Origin: a bacterium
GTDB taxonomy: Bacteria; Bacteroidota; Ignavibacteria; Kapaibacteriales; UBA2268
Length of the DNA: 64,000 nt
Assembly: GCA_030431515.1 (NCBI GenBank)
Contig: JAUIIX010000002.1
Coordinates: 14,936 to 78,935 of the forward strand
Direction of reading: 5' to 3'
The notes under the pieces are model-generated. The model saw only the letters and a list, made by a program, of their open reading frames with translations, searched no databases and had not been told where the DNA came from. This document shows, one piece after another, positions 10,157 to 20,751 of the stretch (within the stretch, counting starts at the first letter, position 1; every line of letters begins with the position of its first letter). The position numbers and the translations under genes are program-made.

Positions 10157-13100
10157 TTATTTTACAATGTTTACAGGATAGTTAGATGTTTGTCCATTTA
10201 CAACCATTCTTACTCTGTATGCACCGTTAGTCAATTGTAATCCTGTGTCAGTTGTAGCATTCCAGTTTACTGTGTGAGTTCCAACTTTGTAAGTATTATT
10301 TACTAAAGTAGCAACTGTATTACCTAACATATCAACAACAACCATTTCAACATTAGCAGTTTGATCAACTGTGAATGTGATTTTACTGTCTTCACTTACT
10401 GGGTTAGGACTTACACTATTAATTGCAGTGCTTAAACCAGTGTTAGTTTCAACTGAAGTATAAATATCACTAAAGATAATTAAACTATTGATAGTTGAGT
10501 TTGTAATTGTTAAAGTAACGATATCACCATCTACATTTACTGTTTCTAAACCAGTATAATCAGAATTATCCCAACCTTTACCAGTTCTCATGTCTATATC
10601 AAAGAATTGACCATTAGAGAAACCATCTCTTAAGTACCAAGAAGTTCCATCAGGGTTACCATCTTTGTCATCAATTGCTGGAACACAAGTTTTATCCCAA
10701 GTAACAGTTAATGGGTACATTGGAGATGTATTACCATTTTCACCACCTGGTTGAATTTCAGCTTTGTAAATAAATGAAGCTACTGGGAATTGTTGACCAG
10801 CTGGATAAATAGTTCTTTCTAAACCATTTCTTTCTGGCATTGTCCATCTTGCATCAAACACGTCTGATACAGGTAATGGAGGTAATTCATATTCACAGAA
10901 GTTATCATCTAAGTTACCGATAGTTAAATCACCATCTTTACCATCACCAGTTGTTGGTCCATTATCAGAAGCAGCACCCCACTCTAATACATTGAATGCA
11001 CCAATACTATTTTGAATTCTTAATTCACAAGTAAAGTTAGTTTCATCAGAGATTTTGATTCTATAAGTAATAACGTGTTCGTTACCAGCTTTGTCAGTTA
11101 CTCTAATTTTTACAGTAGCTTTACCATCAGCATCTCTAGGGATGTTAAGGTTAGTACTTTTAACTACGATTTTTTGTTCTTTAGAAGTTGTTCCAGTATA
11201 AGTTTCTGGAGAAACAGTAACACCATTTGCTGGCTCTAATACTTCAAAAGTTAATGTTTCTTCAAATCCAACTTCTTCTCTTTCTAAGTCAATATCAGTT
11301 ACGATTAAAGTATCAGAGTACTCTAATCCCATATCCCAACAATCAACACTTGGAGTAGCTGTTAACATTGGAGTGTGGTTAGTAGAATCAACTCTTAAAT
11401 CAAAAGTTTTAACAGCAGTTAAGCCATTTGGATCTTTAACTAAAACAGATACTTTAGCAGCTGCTTTAGGAGCATCTTTAACTCTTGGAATACCGTATAA
11501 CATACCTGATTGTTCATTGATGAATAACCACTCTGGAGTTTCTGCAAAATAATCAGTTCCTAATTCCCAGTTACCTGCTTCAGGGAAACAATTATCTTTT
11601 GGAATACCATTAGGGTAATCACCAGCTTTAATTAATTCAAATGTATGTTCATCATCAAAGTTTCTATCGATAATTCTGATAGATTTTAATGTATCAATTA
11701 ACTCTTTATTATACTCAACATCTTCTTTAGCTGGTAATAAAGTAGTAGTGATAATTTCAGGAGCAACGTTAACTTTAACATTATATGTCATAGCTAATTT
11801 TCCACCGTGACCGTCATTTGCAATAATTGTAAATGATGTATCAGTATTGATATATCTATTATAAGAATCTTGACCACCTTGAGGTAAACCTTTAAGTAAA
11901 CTTAATGCATCAGTTCTAGGAATTCTAATGTTTAATTTACCATAAGTAGTTAAATCTTGCTCTAATAAATCTTTATCATTTACATCATCACCATCTTTAC
12001 CATATAAATACATGTATTCATTTGACATCCAAGAAGGTCTTGTATGAGTTAAAACTGTATCGATTTTACCATTATCTGGATTAGTATAATAAGTTGTATC
12101 AATTACAATTACATCACCATCACCAGTTATAACTTGGTTAATAAATCCATAAGAAGTTCTACCATATTTAAAGTCCCAGTTGTGAACTTTTTGAGCCCAA
12201 GCATCTTCTAACTCATCATCTGTGTTAATATCAACTTGGAATCTTAATTTGTCAGTTAAGTTTGCAACTAAGTATGGTTGACCATTAATATCAATTGGAT
12301 CACAAGCAGCTACTGAACCATCGTAAACTACGATTGTATCTTTAACGCTACCATCTTTATAATCTCTAGTAAGTGTTTCTGAAGAAGCACCCCAATCTAA
12401 GAAACGAGGAACTGAGTCAGTTACAAATATTTTGAAAGCATAAGTATTTGTGAATGCAGGATTCTTAGATCCAGCAAAGTCAATTGTATCTTGTTGTAAA
12501 TATCTAGCGTTTAATTCATCATAGCTTTCTGCGTGATAGTAGTCAGCATATAATTCAATTAATTTAGCTAAAGTATCATTATCATTAGTCCAACCATAAG
12601 TTTTCTTAAGTGAATCTAATGTTCTAAAGTTAGGAGGATAAGATTTAGCAGTTACAGTAACTGTTTCACCACCTGGAACAACATAAGGATTAATTGGTTT
12701 ACCTTTGAATACGTAATGTCCAACAGCACCATCTTTAACAGCAGCACTTTCAGAAGCGTATATTGAGTCAACCATTAACCAGTTTCTAACACCAGAACCA
12801 CTTGGAGTAGCCCATGAGTAATCTAAATAAGTATATTTATCTTTAGTCATGTCAAAAATAGCTCTTGGGTCATAGTAACTATTAGAATCAACAGCAGTAA
12901 TTGCTAAGATTGAATCTGTACCATTTGCATATCCAGTTAAGTTAGAGTAAGTACCATTTTGAACTGGGTAGTATCTATCTTCAGATACCCAAACAGTGTT
13001 AAATAATTCTTCAATAACTAAAGTATCCATATCACCATTTGCGTTTTTGATATCATCCATATTAGGTCTGATTTCAATAACTGGCTCAGTTTGTAATCTC

Positions 13101-16100
13101 ACGATATCACCAGTCCATTGAGGTTTCTCAACACCTGAAGTGATAACGAATTCTGCACCTTTATCATAAGCAGCATTAATACCTTCAGCCCAAAGAACTG
13201 TTCTTGAAACAACTCTTACAGTGTCATTAACTCTTACTGGTAATGCTCTATATCTTTCTCCAGCGAAGAAAGTAGCTCTACCTGCATTTTCAGTTGGAAG
13301 GTCAGGTCTGTTAGAGAATATGTTAGTACCTACACCACCGAATTGTGCTTTTACATTAGAATATTTTCTACCTGGTAAAGTTGCACCATCTTCTTTGTAA
13401 GCGTCTCTATATAAGTTATCTAATAAACTTGTAACTCCACCTAAGTTAGAACCATAGTTTTCAAGACCTTCAGCAGATCTTCTAATTAAAGTATTACCTA
13501 ATCTGTTTGATGAATCAGGTACTAATTCAACTCTACCTCTGAATAATTCTCTGTTAGGAGCATCTTCAGATACTTGCTCTAAGTTAATTCTAATAAAATC
13601 TGAAGTAGTTTCGTTAATAACGAAGAATACTGTTTCATTTTTCACTAATGGATCGTGGTTAGATCTTTCAATTAAACCATTGTAATCAGCTTCAGCTTCT
13701 AAATAAATAGGTTGTCCAATTGGATGATAAAATCCACCATTAGAATTTCTAGCATATTCTTGTTGTAATACATCAAAGAATTCATATCTAGTATCTTCTG
13801 CACAGAAAGGATCTCTAACCCATCTTTTTACAACTTTGTTATCAGAAGGTAATGCATTGTCAAATGTTACTAACATTGGAGGAACACCAACTGCAAAGTC
13901 TTCAATAGGAGACATTCTACGTTTTGAATAATCTGCTGATTTAATATCAGTACCTTTGTCAAAAATATCATAGATAAGACCAGAGAATAATAAATTCTCA
14001 GGAATTGACATAGTACCAGAAGTATTTTCATCAACACCATTTCTTAAAGGAATAGACTCATAGTTATATCTTTCGTATGATTCAAAAGGACCTTGTTCTC
14101 TTGCATCATCACCAGTTTGCCATGAATTTCTAAATCTTAACCAAGTATTACCATCACCTGCAACAAAGAAAGTTTCTCTTGAAGCATTAGGGAAATTATA
14201 CTGTTGGTTATTTACAATTAAGTTTTCTAAGTCAATATTAATATTAGCTTCAGTTTTACCCCAGTAGTTACCTCTTAATGTATCAGTACCACCAAAACCT
14301 AAACCAGTTGAACCAGCTAAAACACCTTTTGTATCAGGAGCATCTGGTAATCTGATTAAGAATCTTGCATTGTTATCATACATTGAGTTTGCAGCTTCTG
14401 AGAATATTCTAGATGGTAATGGTCCTTGAACCTCACCATAAAGAACAGCACCAGCTAAATCACTTGAAGCAAAGTTATGCTCAATATCACCATTACCATC
14501 TCTTTGGATAGGACCAGTGATTAAGTTTTGAGAAGCACCAATTCCAGAGTTAGCAACGTTTCCAGTTACTAATGATCTGTTGAATACTAATTTTAAGTCA
14601 TAGTTATCAGAATAAATACCAGCACCAGTAAATGAAGTATTATTTTGAATTCTTACACGGTTAAATTGAACTGAATCTTGTCTTCCAACATTACCTTTTG
14701 TAACGTCATCTAAGATATATAAAGCTCCACCAAGACCAACACCATTTTCTGCTAAGTTAGTACCTTTGTGTCTTCTTACTACATCAATTTTACCTAAGTC
14801 AGCTGGTTTAGCTTCTGTTAAATCATCACCATTAGTAGTAAATTCAACAAAACCATCATCACCAACAACGTAACCTAAATCTGCATTTCTAAATGCTGCA
14901 CCATATAAATTGTTATTATTAGTTGCAGTAGATGTTAAATCAGACCAAGAAACACCTTGATCATCAGATTTATAAATAGTAGCACCATTACCAACTGCAT
15001 AAATTACATTTTGAGTAGCAACGATTACTTTATTTAAATTGTTAGGAGTAAATCTAGGACTAGCTTCATTCCAGTTAGCACCACCATCATTAGTCCAAGC
15101 AAATACACCTGAATTACCAACAGTATAACCTCTAGTAGCAGAACTAAACGCTACAGAGTTCAAGTTTTGGTTAATTGTAGATGTTTGGAAATTCCAAGTA
15201 GCACCACCATCAATAGTTTTTAAGATAGTAGCGTTGTCACCAACAGCATATCCAACCAATGAACTAACAAAACTTACATCACGTAATTCAACACCAGCTT
15301 GAATTGTTGATACATTCCAAGTTTCTCCACCATCAATAGTAGTTAAGAAACCACCATCTTCACCAACAGCGTATCCAGTGTTAACTCCTAAGAATTGAAC
15401 TGCATTGATATTTCTTGTGTAAGCATTAGCTTTTAATACCCAAGTAGCACCACCATTAGTAGTTTTTAATATCTCACCTGCATCACCTACGGCGATAGCT
15501 AAGTTATCATTAATTATATCAATATCATTTATTCTTCTTTGAGTACCAGAATTTAAAGTAGTCCATTTAGTACCATTTTCGTCAATCTTAACGATAGTTC
15601 CTAAAGCACCAACTGCAAATCCCCATTCATCATTAAACATATCAATAGCACTTAACAAGTTAGTTGTTTTACTAGTTCCACCTTCTTGTTGAGTAGTACC
15701 TCTACCCATTTCAGTATCAATTACATCTTGATCTAAAATGATTTCATTTTCAATAAATCTAGTTAACATTCTTGTATCAGCTGGGTAAGTAGCTGCTGAA
15801 TTCCATGTAAACACATCATTATTAGAAGTGTACATTTGACCAACACCATTAGCATCATAAGATACAGTATCTAAATCAGTAACAAACATTTTATTACTAG
15901 ATACACCAGCACCGATACTTACAGTAGGAGAAATTTGTGCAATAGCTGCACCATTACCATTATAAACTGTATTACCGATAAATTCAGTAGCTTGAACAAC
16001 GTTCAAGTTAGCTATTTTAGCATAAATAGCTCCACCACCTCTAATGTCTAATCTAGTTTTACCAGTAATTGATTTACCAACTACGTTATCTCTAAAAGAT

Positions 16101-18412
16101 GCTCTTCTAATTAAAATGTGTTTGTGCCATTCTTGAAGACCATTCCCTTCAGGAATATCTAAATGTAAAGCACCACCAGAATAACCAGCTTCGTTTTCCC
16201 AGAATCTAACTGCAAATTTTCCACCATAACCTAATAATTGGTTATTTTCAACTCCACCTGCACCATAAATTCTTGCATTTCTTTTTCCAAATATAGCTCC
16301 ACCATGAGTTAAAGCTGTATTGTTTTGGAATAAAATGTTATAACCTAAATCTCTTTGAGAGATTAAATTATCATTACCACCAATAATTGGAGACATTGTT
16401 CTATCAGAATTACCATCTACATAGATTGCACCACCATTACCAGCTTTATTTTGAGAAAATTCAGTTGAATTACTAAAGTTCTCTCTATTTGGCCCACCTC
16501 TTACTTGAAGTCTTCCAAAAGTATTCTTAGAGAATATCGCTCCACCTTGTGCATACTCACCTGGAGAGAATCCAGAGTTGTAGTCAACAAAATAAGGAGA
16601 GAAAGCTTCATTTGAATTAAAGTGACCAGCTACGATTAAAGAAGTGTAATCACCAACGTAAATTGCACCACCTTTAGAACCAACTGATTGACCAGAATTT
16701 TGTCTGTTTTCTACTCTATTATTAATAGCACTAAATGAATCATCTCCTAAAGAAATTCTTTCAGCTGCTTGATACGTTCCATCACCATCAGCATCAACAT
16801 ATATTGCATTGTTAATACCAAAACCAACTTCTATTCTTCTATTTTCGTCAAATTCACGACCAGCAATATAAATTGCACCACCAAATGCATTGTTACCATA
16901 ACCAGAACCGTAAGGATAAGATGCTATATCTAAATCAGTAATTACTGTTTGATTACCGATTTTAATCTGACCAACATCTGCTAAAACTACTTCATTATTT
17001 TCAAATGTATTATTTCTAACACGCCCTAAATAAATAGCTATTCTTGCATCGTCCCAAGCCATTCTATCTCTATCATTTAATGGTTCAGGATAATCAGTTC
17101 CATTTTCATCAATTCTATCGATAGCTGGAATACCACCTAAAGGACCATTAGGAGGTACAAAACCACCTGGATTATAAGTATTGATATCTGAATTTGAACC
17201 ATCAGGGTTTGTTACATTAGGGTTTTTAGTAAATGGATAAATACCATTTGGAGTTTTTATTGGAACTACCAAACTATTTTTTAAAGCGTTTAAAGTTGCA
17301 ATATCAGATCTTGCAGGTAATCCAGCAGGAGCTTGTAAGAATTGGATTGCTCCACCTTTAAATCTAGCTCTGTTATTTGCAAATTTAGAATTTAAAATCC
17401 AAGTTCTAGTAGAGAAAGTAGTTATTACCCCTCCAGAACCATTAGTTAATTTTCTAAATTCATTATTTACATTATCCCAATTTGGAGCAGAAGCTGCCCA
17501 AGCATAGTTAGCACCATTTTCTGAATAATATGGAGCTCTATCAACTAAAGTATCTTTTTTAAATCCTTCAAACTCACAATTTCTAAAGAAAGCTGCTCTA
17601 GCACCAGGAAGAACAACAATGTGTCCCCACTCTTGCGAAAAGTTATTTACTGGCTGACCAATAAATTTAATTTTGCTTTTTACAATACTTGGAGTCTTGT
17701 TACCAATTCTCTTATAAGGGAATTGTTTTAAGTTTGGATCTGAATTTGGATTCAAATTCATTCTAGATGTGATAAACATTAATGCTTGTTCGTAAGTCAC
17801 CACGATATCTTTACCTGCAACTAATCCTATTGGATTACCTGCAGCATCAACATCTAAATCTCTCATTTTTCTTGCTGTTGTATCTAAAACTACATTGAAG
17901 ATAAAATTTCTTTTAGCTTCATTAATAGTTAATTCAGGAGTAGTACCTGTGAAATCAACAGTAGAAATAGTTCCACTTGTGTTGTTCCCATTATTTCCAT
18001 GTAAGAAATAAGCAAGATCACTATATCCAGCATAAGAAGGCAAAGTATTACCTGCTCTTAATGGATTAGCCGAACCTGTAGGAGCAATTGGATTCAAATT
18101 TGAACCACTTAATAACTGGGGATTAGCTGTATATGTTGCTTCAGCAAAACCATCAGCTATTATTCTACCACCAACCGAGTCAATTAAACGACCTGATGGC
18201 ATGAACATCACAGTTGTACCTGGCTCTATAATTAGAGCACCCGCTACAACATAAGACTTATTAATCTCGTAAATTGTGTCCTTTACGAAGACTCTGACAT
18301 CTCCTGGGGCTAATTTACCTGAGACTTGCACTCTTGGCTGACCTAACATCACGCTCGTTGAGAGCAATGTCAGTACCGCCATAAAGATGCATGAACGAAA
18401 TAATCGTTTCAT
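10157..18412 (-). CDS. Giant (~2750 aa) T9SS surface protein: Pmp-like GGA(I/L)/FxxN beta-helix, YCF48-like propeller, Ig-like (He_PIG) domains, CTD
   Basis: About a dozen GGAI-type/FxxN repeats; AVG..G.ILKT.DGG.TW blades; PEWLFINEQSGMLYGIP; CTD SPNPV..GAYRVRM..VNIVK. Start placed at 18412 (GGAGGT SD upstream, signal peptide MKRLFRSC) rather than 18466. Confidence 0.85.
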   Translation of the reverse strand: MKRLFRSCIFMAVLTLLSTSVMLGQPRVQVSGKLAPGDVRVFVKDTIYEINKSYVVAGALIIEPGTTVMFMPSGRLIDSVGGRIIADGFAEATYTANPQLLSGSNLNPIAPTGSANPLRAGNTLPSYAGYSDLAYFLHGNNGNNTSGTISTVDFTGTTPELTINEAKRNFIFNVVLDTTARKMRDLDVDAAGNPIGLVAGKDIVVTYEQALMFITSRMNLNPNSDPNLKQFPYKRIGNKTPSIVKSKIKFIGQPVNNFSQEWGHIVVLPGARAAFFRNCEFEGFKKDTLVDRAPYYSENGANYAWAASAPNWDNVNNEFRKLTNGSGGVITTFSTRTWILNSKFANNRARFKGGAIQFLQAPAGLPARSDIATLNALKNSLVVPIKTPNGIYPFTKNPNVTNPDGSNSDINTYNPGGFVPPNGPLGGIPAIDRIDENGTDYPEPLNDRDRMAWDDARIAIYLGRVRNNTFENNEVVLADVGQIKIGNQTVITDLDIASYPYGSGYGNNAFGGAIYIAGREFDENRRIEVGFGINNAIYVDADGDGTYQAAERISLGDDSFSAINNRVENRQNSGQSVGSKGGAIYVGDYTSLIVAGHFNSNEAFSPYFVDYNSGFSPGEYAQGGAIFSKNTFGRLQVRGGPNRENFSNSTEFSQNKAGNGGAIYVDGNSDRTMSPIIGGNDNLISQRDLGYNILFQNNTALTHGGAIFGKRNARIYGAGGVENNQLLGYGGKFAVRFWENEAGYSGGALHLDIPEGNGLQEWHKHILIRRASFRDNVVGKSITGKTRLDIRGGGAIYAKIANLNVVQATEFIGNTVYNGNGAAIAQISPTVSIGAGVSSNKMFVTDLDTVSYDANGVGQMYTSNNDVFTWNSAATYPADTRMLTRFIENEIILDQDVIDTEMGRGTTQQEGGTSKTTNLLSAIDMFNDEWGFAVGALGTIVKIDENGTKWTTLNSGTQRRINDIDIINDNLAIAVGDAGEILKTTNGGATWVLKANAYTRNINAVQFLGVNTGYAVGEDGGFLTTIDGGETWNVSTIQAGVELRDVSFVSSLVGYAVGDNATILKTIDGGATWNFQTSTINQNLNSVAFSSATRGYTVGNSGVFAWTNDGGANWNEASPRFTPNNLNKVIVATQNVIYAVGNGATIYKSDDQGVSWSDLTSTATNNNNLYGAAFRNADLGYVVGDDGFVEFTTNGDDLTEAKPADLGKIDVVRRHKGTNLAENGVGLGGALYILDDVTKGNVGRQDSVQFNRVRIQNNTSFTGAGIYSDNYDLKLVFNRSLVTGNVANSGIGASQNLITGPIQRDGNGDIEHNFASSDLAGAVLYGEVQGPLPSRIFSEAANSMYDNNARFLIRLPDAPDTKGVLAGSTGLGFGGTDTLRGNYWGKTEANINIDLENLIVNNQQYNFPNASRETFFVAGDGNTWLRFRNSWQTGDDAREQGPFESYERYNYESIPLRNGVDENTSGTMSIPENLLFSGLIYDIFDKGTDIKSADYSKRRMSPIEDFAVGVPPMLVTFDNALPSDNKVVKRWVRDPFCAEDTRYEFFDVLQQEYARNSNGGFYHPIGQPIYLEAEADYNGLIERSNHDPLVKNETVFFVINETTSDFIRINLEQVSEDAPNRELFRGRVELVPDSSNRLGNTLIRRSAEGLENYGSNLGGVTSLLDNLYRDAYKEDGATLPGRKYSNVKAQFGGVGTNIFSNRPDLPTENAGRATFFAGERYRALPVRVNDTVRVVSRTVLWAEGINAAYDKGAEFVITSGVEKPQWTGDIVRLQTEPVIEIRPNMDDIKNANGDMDTLVIEELFNTVWVSEDRYYPVQNGTYSNLTGYANGTDSILAITAVDSNSYYDPRAIFDMTKDKYTYLDYSWATPSGSGVRNWLMVDSIYASESAAVKDGAVGHYVFKGKPINPYVVPGGETVTVTAKSYPPNFRTLDSLKKTYGWTNDNDTLAKLIELYADYYHAESYDELNARYLQQDTIDFAGSKNPAFTNTYAFKIFVTDSVPRFLDWGASSETLTRDYKDGSVKDTIVVYDGSVAACDPIDINGQPYLVANLTDKLRFQVDINTDDELEDAWAQKVHNWDFKYGRTSYGFINQVITGDGDVIVIDTTYYTNPDNGKIDTVLTHTRPSWMSNEYMYLYGKDGDDVNDKDLLEQDLTTYGKLNIRIPRTDALSLLKGLPQGGQDSYNRYINTDTSFTIIANDGHGGKLAMTYNVKVNVAPEIITTTLLPAKEDVEYNKELIDTLKSIRIIDRNFDDEHTFELIKAGDYPNGIPKDNCFPEAGNWELGTDYFAETPEWLFINEQSGMLYGIPRVKDAPKAAAKVSVLVKDPNGLTAVKTFDLRVDSTNHTPMLTATPSVDCWDMGLEYSDTLIVTDIDLEREEVGFEETLTFEVLEPANGVTVSPETYTGTTSKEQKIVVKSTNLNIPRDADGKATVKIRVTDKAGNEHVITYRIKISDETNFTCELRIQNSIGAFNVLEWGAASDNGPTTGDGKDGDLTIGNLDDNFCEYELPPLPVSDVFDARWTMPERNGLERTIYPAGQQFPVASFIYKAEIQPGGENGNTSPMYPLTVTWDKTCVPAIDDKDGNPDGTSWYLRDGFSNGQFFDIDMRTGKGWDNSDYTGLETVNVDGDIVTLTITNSTINSLIIFSDIYTSVETNTGLSTAINSVSPNPVSEDSKITFTVDQTANVEMVVVDMLGNTVATLVNNTYKVGTHTVNWNATTDTGLQLTNGAYRVRMVVNGQTSNYPVNIVK

Positions 18413-18487
18413 AAAAACCTCCGAAATACAATATTTAGTTAAAAAATTATTTTTTTTCATTTTCATTTTATAGTTTATTCACTTTGA

Positions 18488-19213
18488 TTATCCATCAATT
18501 TTCGTGCCAACACGCTCTAAGCCCGCACTTGACAAGCCACCGAACTCTGAGTAAGCATTTTCAGAATTCATCCTAATTACTTTCTCATACATTGATTTAG
18601 CTTTCGAAGCATCTCCTGCTTTTTCGGCTGTTAATCCTGAAAAATATAAATATTTAGATTTCATTTCTAATTGCTCTACCAAATTAGATGCTGCTTCATA
18701 GTTTCCAGAAGCTTCTTTAAATTGACCAACTTCTTCTTGACAAGCCGCTAAACCATTATAAGCACCAACTTTAACTTCATTTGATTCATTCGATGTTGCT
18801 TTCTCAAAATAGCTTTTTGCTTCATCAAATTTACCTTGCATCAACAATGCTTTACCAGCATAAAATGATGCTACTGCCCCTACATCAGAACCAGCATAAG
18901 TACTTGCTATATCTTTAAATCCAATCAATGGTTTATTGTCTATTATGATATTAACATCACCGTTTAATGCTTTTTCAAAATCTCCTTGAGCCATAAGGGG
19001 AACAACCCTTGCCAGATACTTACTTGCTTCAGCATTTTCTGCATCTGCTTGCTCATTCATATAATTGTATGAAAATACTGCAATTGCGACTACAACCAAA
19101 ACTACGACAACTATAGTCCCGTATTTTTTTATCTGCGAAATCGCATCATCTTCTTCATAAACTTCAATTATTTCTTCTTCAATTTCTTCGTTAAATTCTT
19201 GTTCTTTACTCAT
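18488..19213 (-). CDS. Membrane-anchored TPR protein (YfgM-like)
   Basis: Single N-terminal TM then TPR helices (A..YAG.A....G.FDEA..YFEKA). Confidence 0.8.
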   Translation of the reverse strand: MSKEQEFNEEIEEEIIEVYEEDDAISQIKKYGTIVVVVLVVVAIAVFSYNYMNEQADAENAEASKYLARVVPLMAQGDFEKALNGDVNIIIDNKPLIGFKDIASTYAGSDVGAVASFYAGKALLMQGKFDEAKSYFEKATSNESNEVKVGAYNGLAACQEEVGQFKEASGNYEAASNLVEQLEMKSKYLYFSGLTAEKAGDASKAKSMYEKVIRMNSENAYSEFGGLSSAGLERVGTKIDG

Positions 19214-19407
19214 AAATATAGACTTACATAAATATTAAATTCTACAAATTCCAAAAATGTTTTTTCTTTTGGACTATAATCTAAGTTACAAATATACGGC
19301 ACTATTTTCTAATTACAAACCAAAAAATGTTTTTATACTTCTATTTTTCTGATTTTGTTGTTCAAATTGAAATGTTAATAAAAAAGTGTCAAGCATACTT
19401 CACACAT

Positions 19408-20673
19408 TTACACTTTTTGTGGAATTCTTTTTAACACTATTCCTAAAATGAGGAGGTAAATCGAATTAATATGTCTATATTCATATTGAATACCTGACAC
19501 AATTATTAATTTATGGATAAAAAATGCAAGCACTATCAAGCTTATATAATCCCATTTTTGACGATATAATGTATATAAAAATAGAATTAATATTGTTGCC
19601 CAAATTAGACGATATAAAACTAAAATTAATTTTTCAAATATTATAGGATATTTTGACTGCATACTTTGTTTCATTATCACATCAAACTTAGCAGCACCAT
19701 TTGCTTTATTTATACTATTATCTATTCTTATTCTATCAGTTTTTGGAATAAATATACTTCCATATTCACCTGTATAAACACCGCCAATAACAAAATCTAA
19801 TGAGTTCGATAGCATCTTTTTTAAATACTCAATTGGATTGTTGCTAATATTTTTATAGAACTCATCTTTTAATATTTCTTCACCTTTTATGCTGTAAGGG
19901 TCTTTTATCCCTTTCTTTTTTACAAATGCAAATGCACTTTCATCTTTAGCTTTAATATTCCAGATATTATCCTCTAACTGACCTAAAGATATATACATAA
20001 CAGAAGCACCGTTTGAAGAAGTTAACTTAAAATTATCAAATTCAATATAGTTCCTAATGCCCCATGGTAATAGCACCATAAAAGTAGTCAAATATAATAC
20101 ACAATGTCGGATAAAACTTACATTAGCCCTTACACTTTTGAAGCTAAATAAGATTATAATTTGTAATGGAATAAGCAATAAATATTCTGATCTGAAATTT
20201 AAAATCACCCCTAAGACAACACCACTAAATATTATATCTTTTAATGTATTAGATTTTAAAGATTTTAGTAACAAATCTATATATATAATTATTAAAGAAG
20301 CTACAATTGCATCATTCCATTTCACCGTACAAAGTGCTACAAATGGAAGTAAAAGTACAAAGTGGTATTTTCTAAACTTTAATTCAAATATCTTGTAAAA
20401 AGATTGGATAGCAAAGAAACAAAGTATCAATTGAAAAAGCAAAATTGCTGAGTATTGAGCAAATATATTACAAATACTCATTAATATGCTATAACCCCAC
20501 ATAGGATAAGAATATGACACACCATTAATGCTATAAGTGGAGTGATTGCTAATAGATTTAGCAAGTGGGAGGTAATAAAGATTATAAACGTCTTGTTGGG
20601 CTATATGACCCATATTTAGAATATAAATGAAAATGATAAAGAAAATCAAATAATATTTATCTTTTGAGTTCAT
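19408..20673 (-). CDS. Polytopic membrane protein, GT-C (ArnT/PMT-like) glycosyltransferase
   Basis: ~10 TMs, YPMWGY, LPWGIRNY, EYRH motifs; start moved to MNSKDK at 20673 because the longer start overlaps the rny terminator. Confidence 0.6.
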   Translation of the reverse strand: MNSKDKYYLIFFIIFIYILNMGHIAQQDVYNLYYLPLAKSISNHSTYSINGVSYSYPMWGYSILMSICNIFAQYSAILLFQLILCFFAIQSFYKIFELKFRKYHFVLLLPFVALCTVKWNDAIVASLIIIYIDLLLKSLKSNTLKDIIFSGVVLGVILNFRSEYLLLIPLQIIILFSFKSVRANVSFIRHCVLYLTTFMVLLPWGIRNYIEFDNFKLTSSNGASVMYISLGQLEDNIWNIKAKDESAFAFVKKKGIKDPYSIKGEEILKDEFYKNISNNPIEYLKKMLSNSLDFVIGGVYTGEYGSIFIPKTDRIRIDNSINKANGAAKFDVIMKQSMQSKYPIIFEKLILVLYRLIWATILILFLYTLYRQKWDYISLIVLAFFIHKLIIVSGIQYEYRHINSIYLLILGIVLKRIPQKV

Positions 20674-20699
20674 TTTACTATCAAATATATCTTTTGGAT

Positions 20700-20726
20700 A
20701 AAAAAAGGGGTGATAAAGCACCCCTA
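20700..20726 (-). terminator. Rho-independent terminator of rny
   Basis: Minus strand AGGGGTG-cttta-TCACCCCT followed by T-run. Confidence 0.75.
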
Positions 20727-20751
20727 TTCTATTTTTAAATTAATTGGCTAA

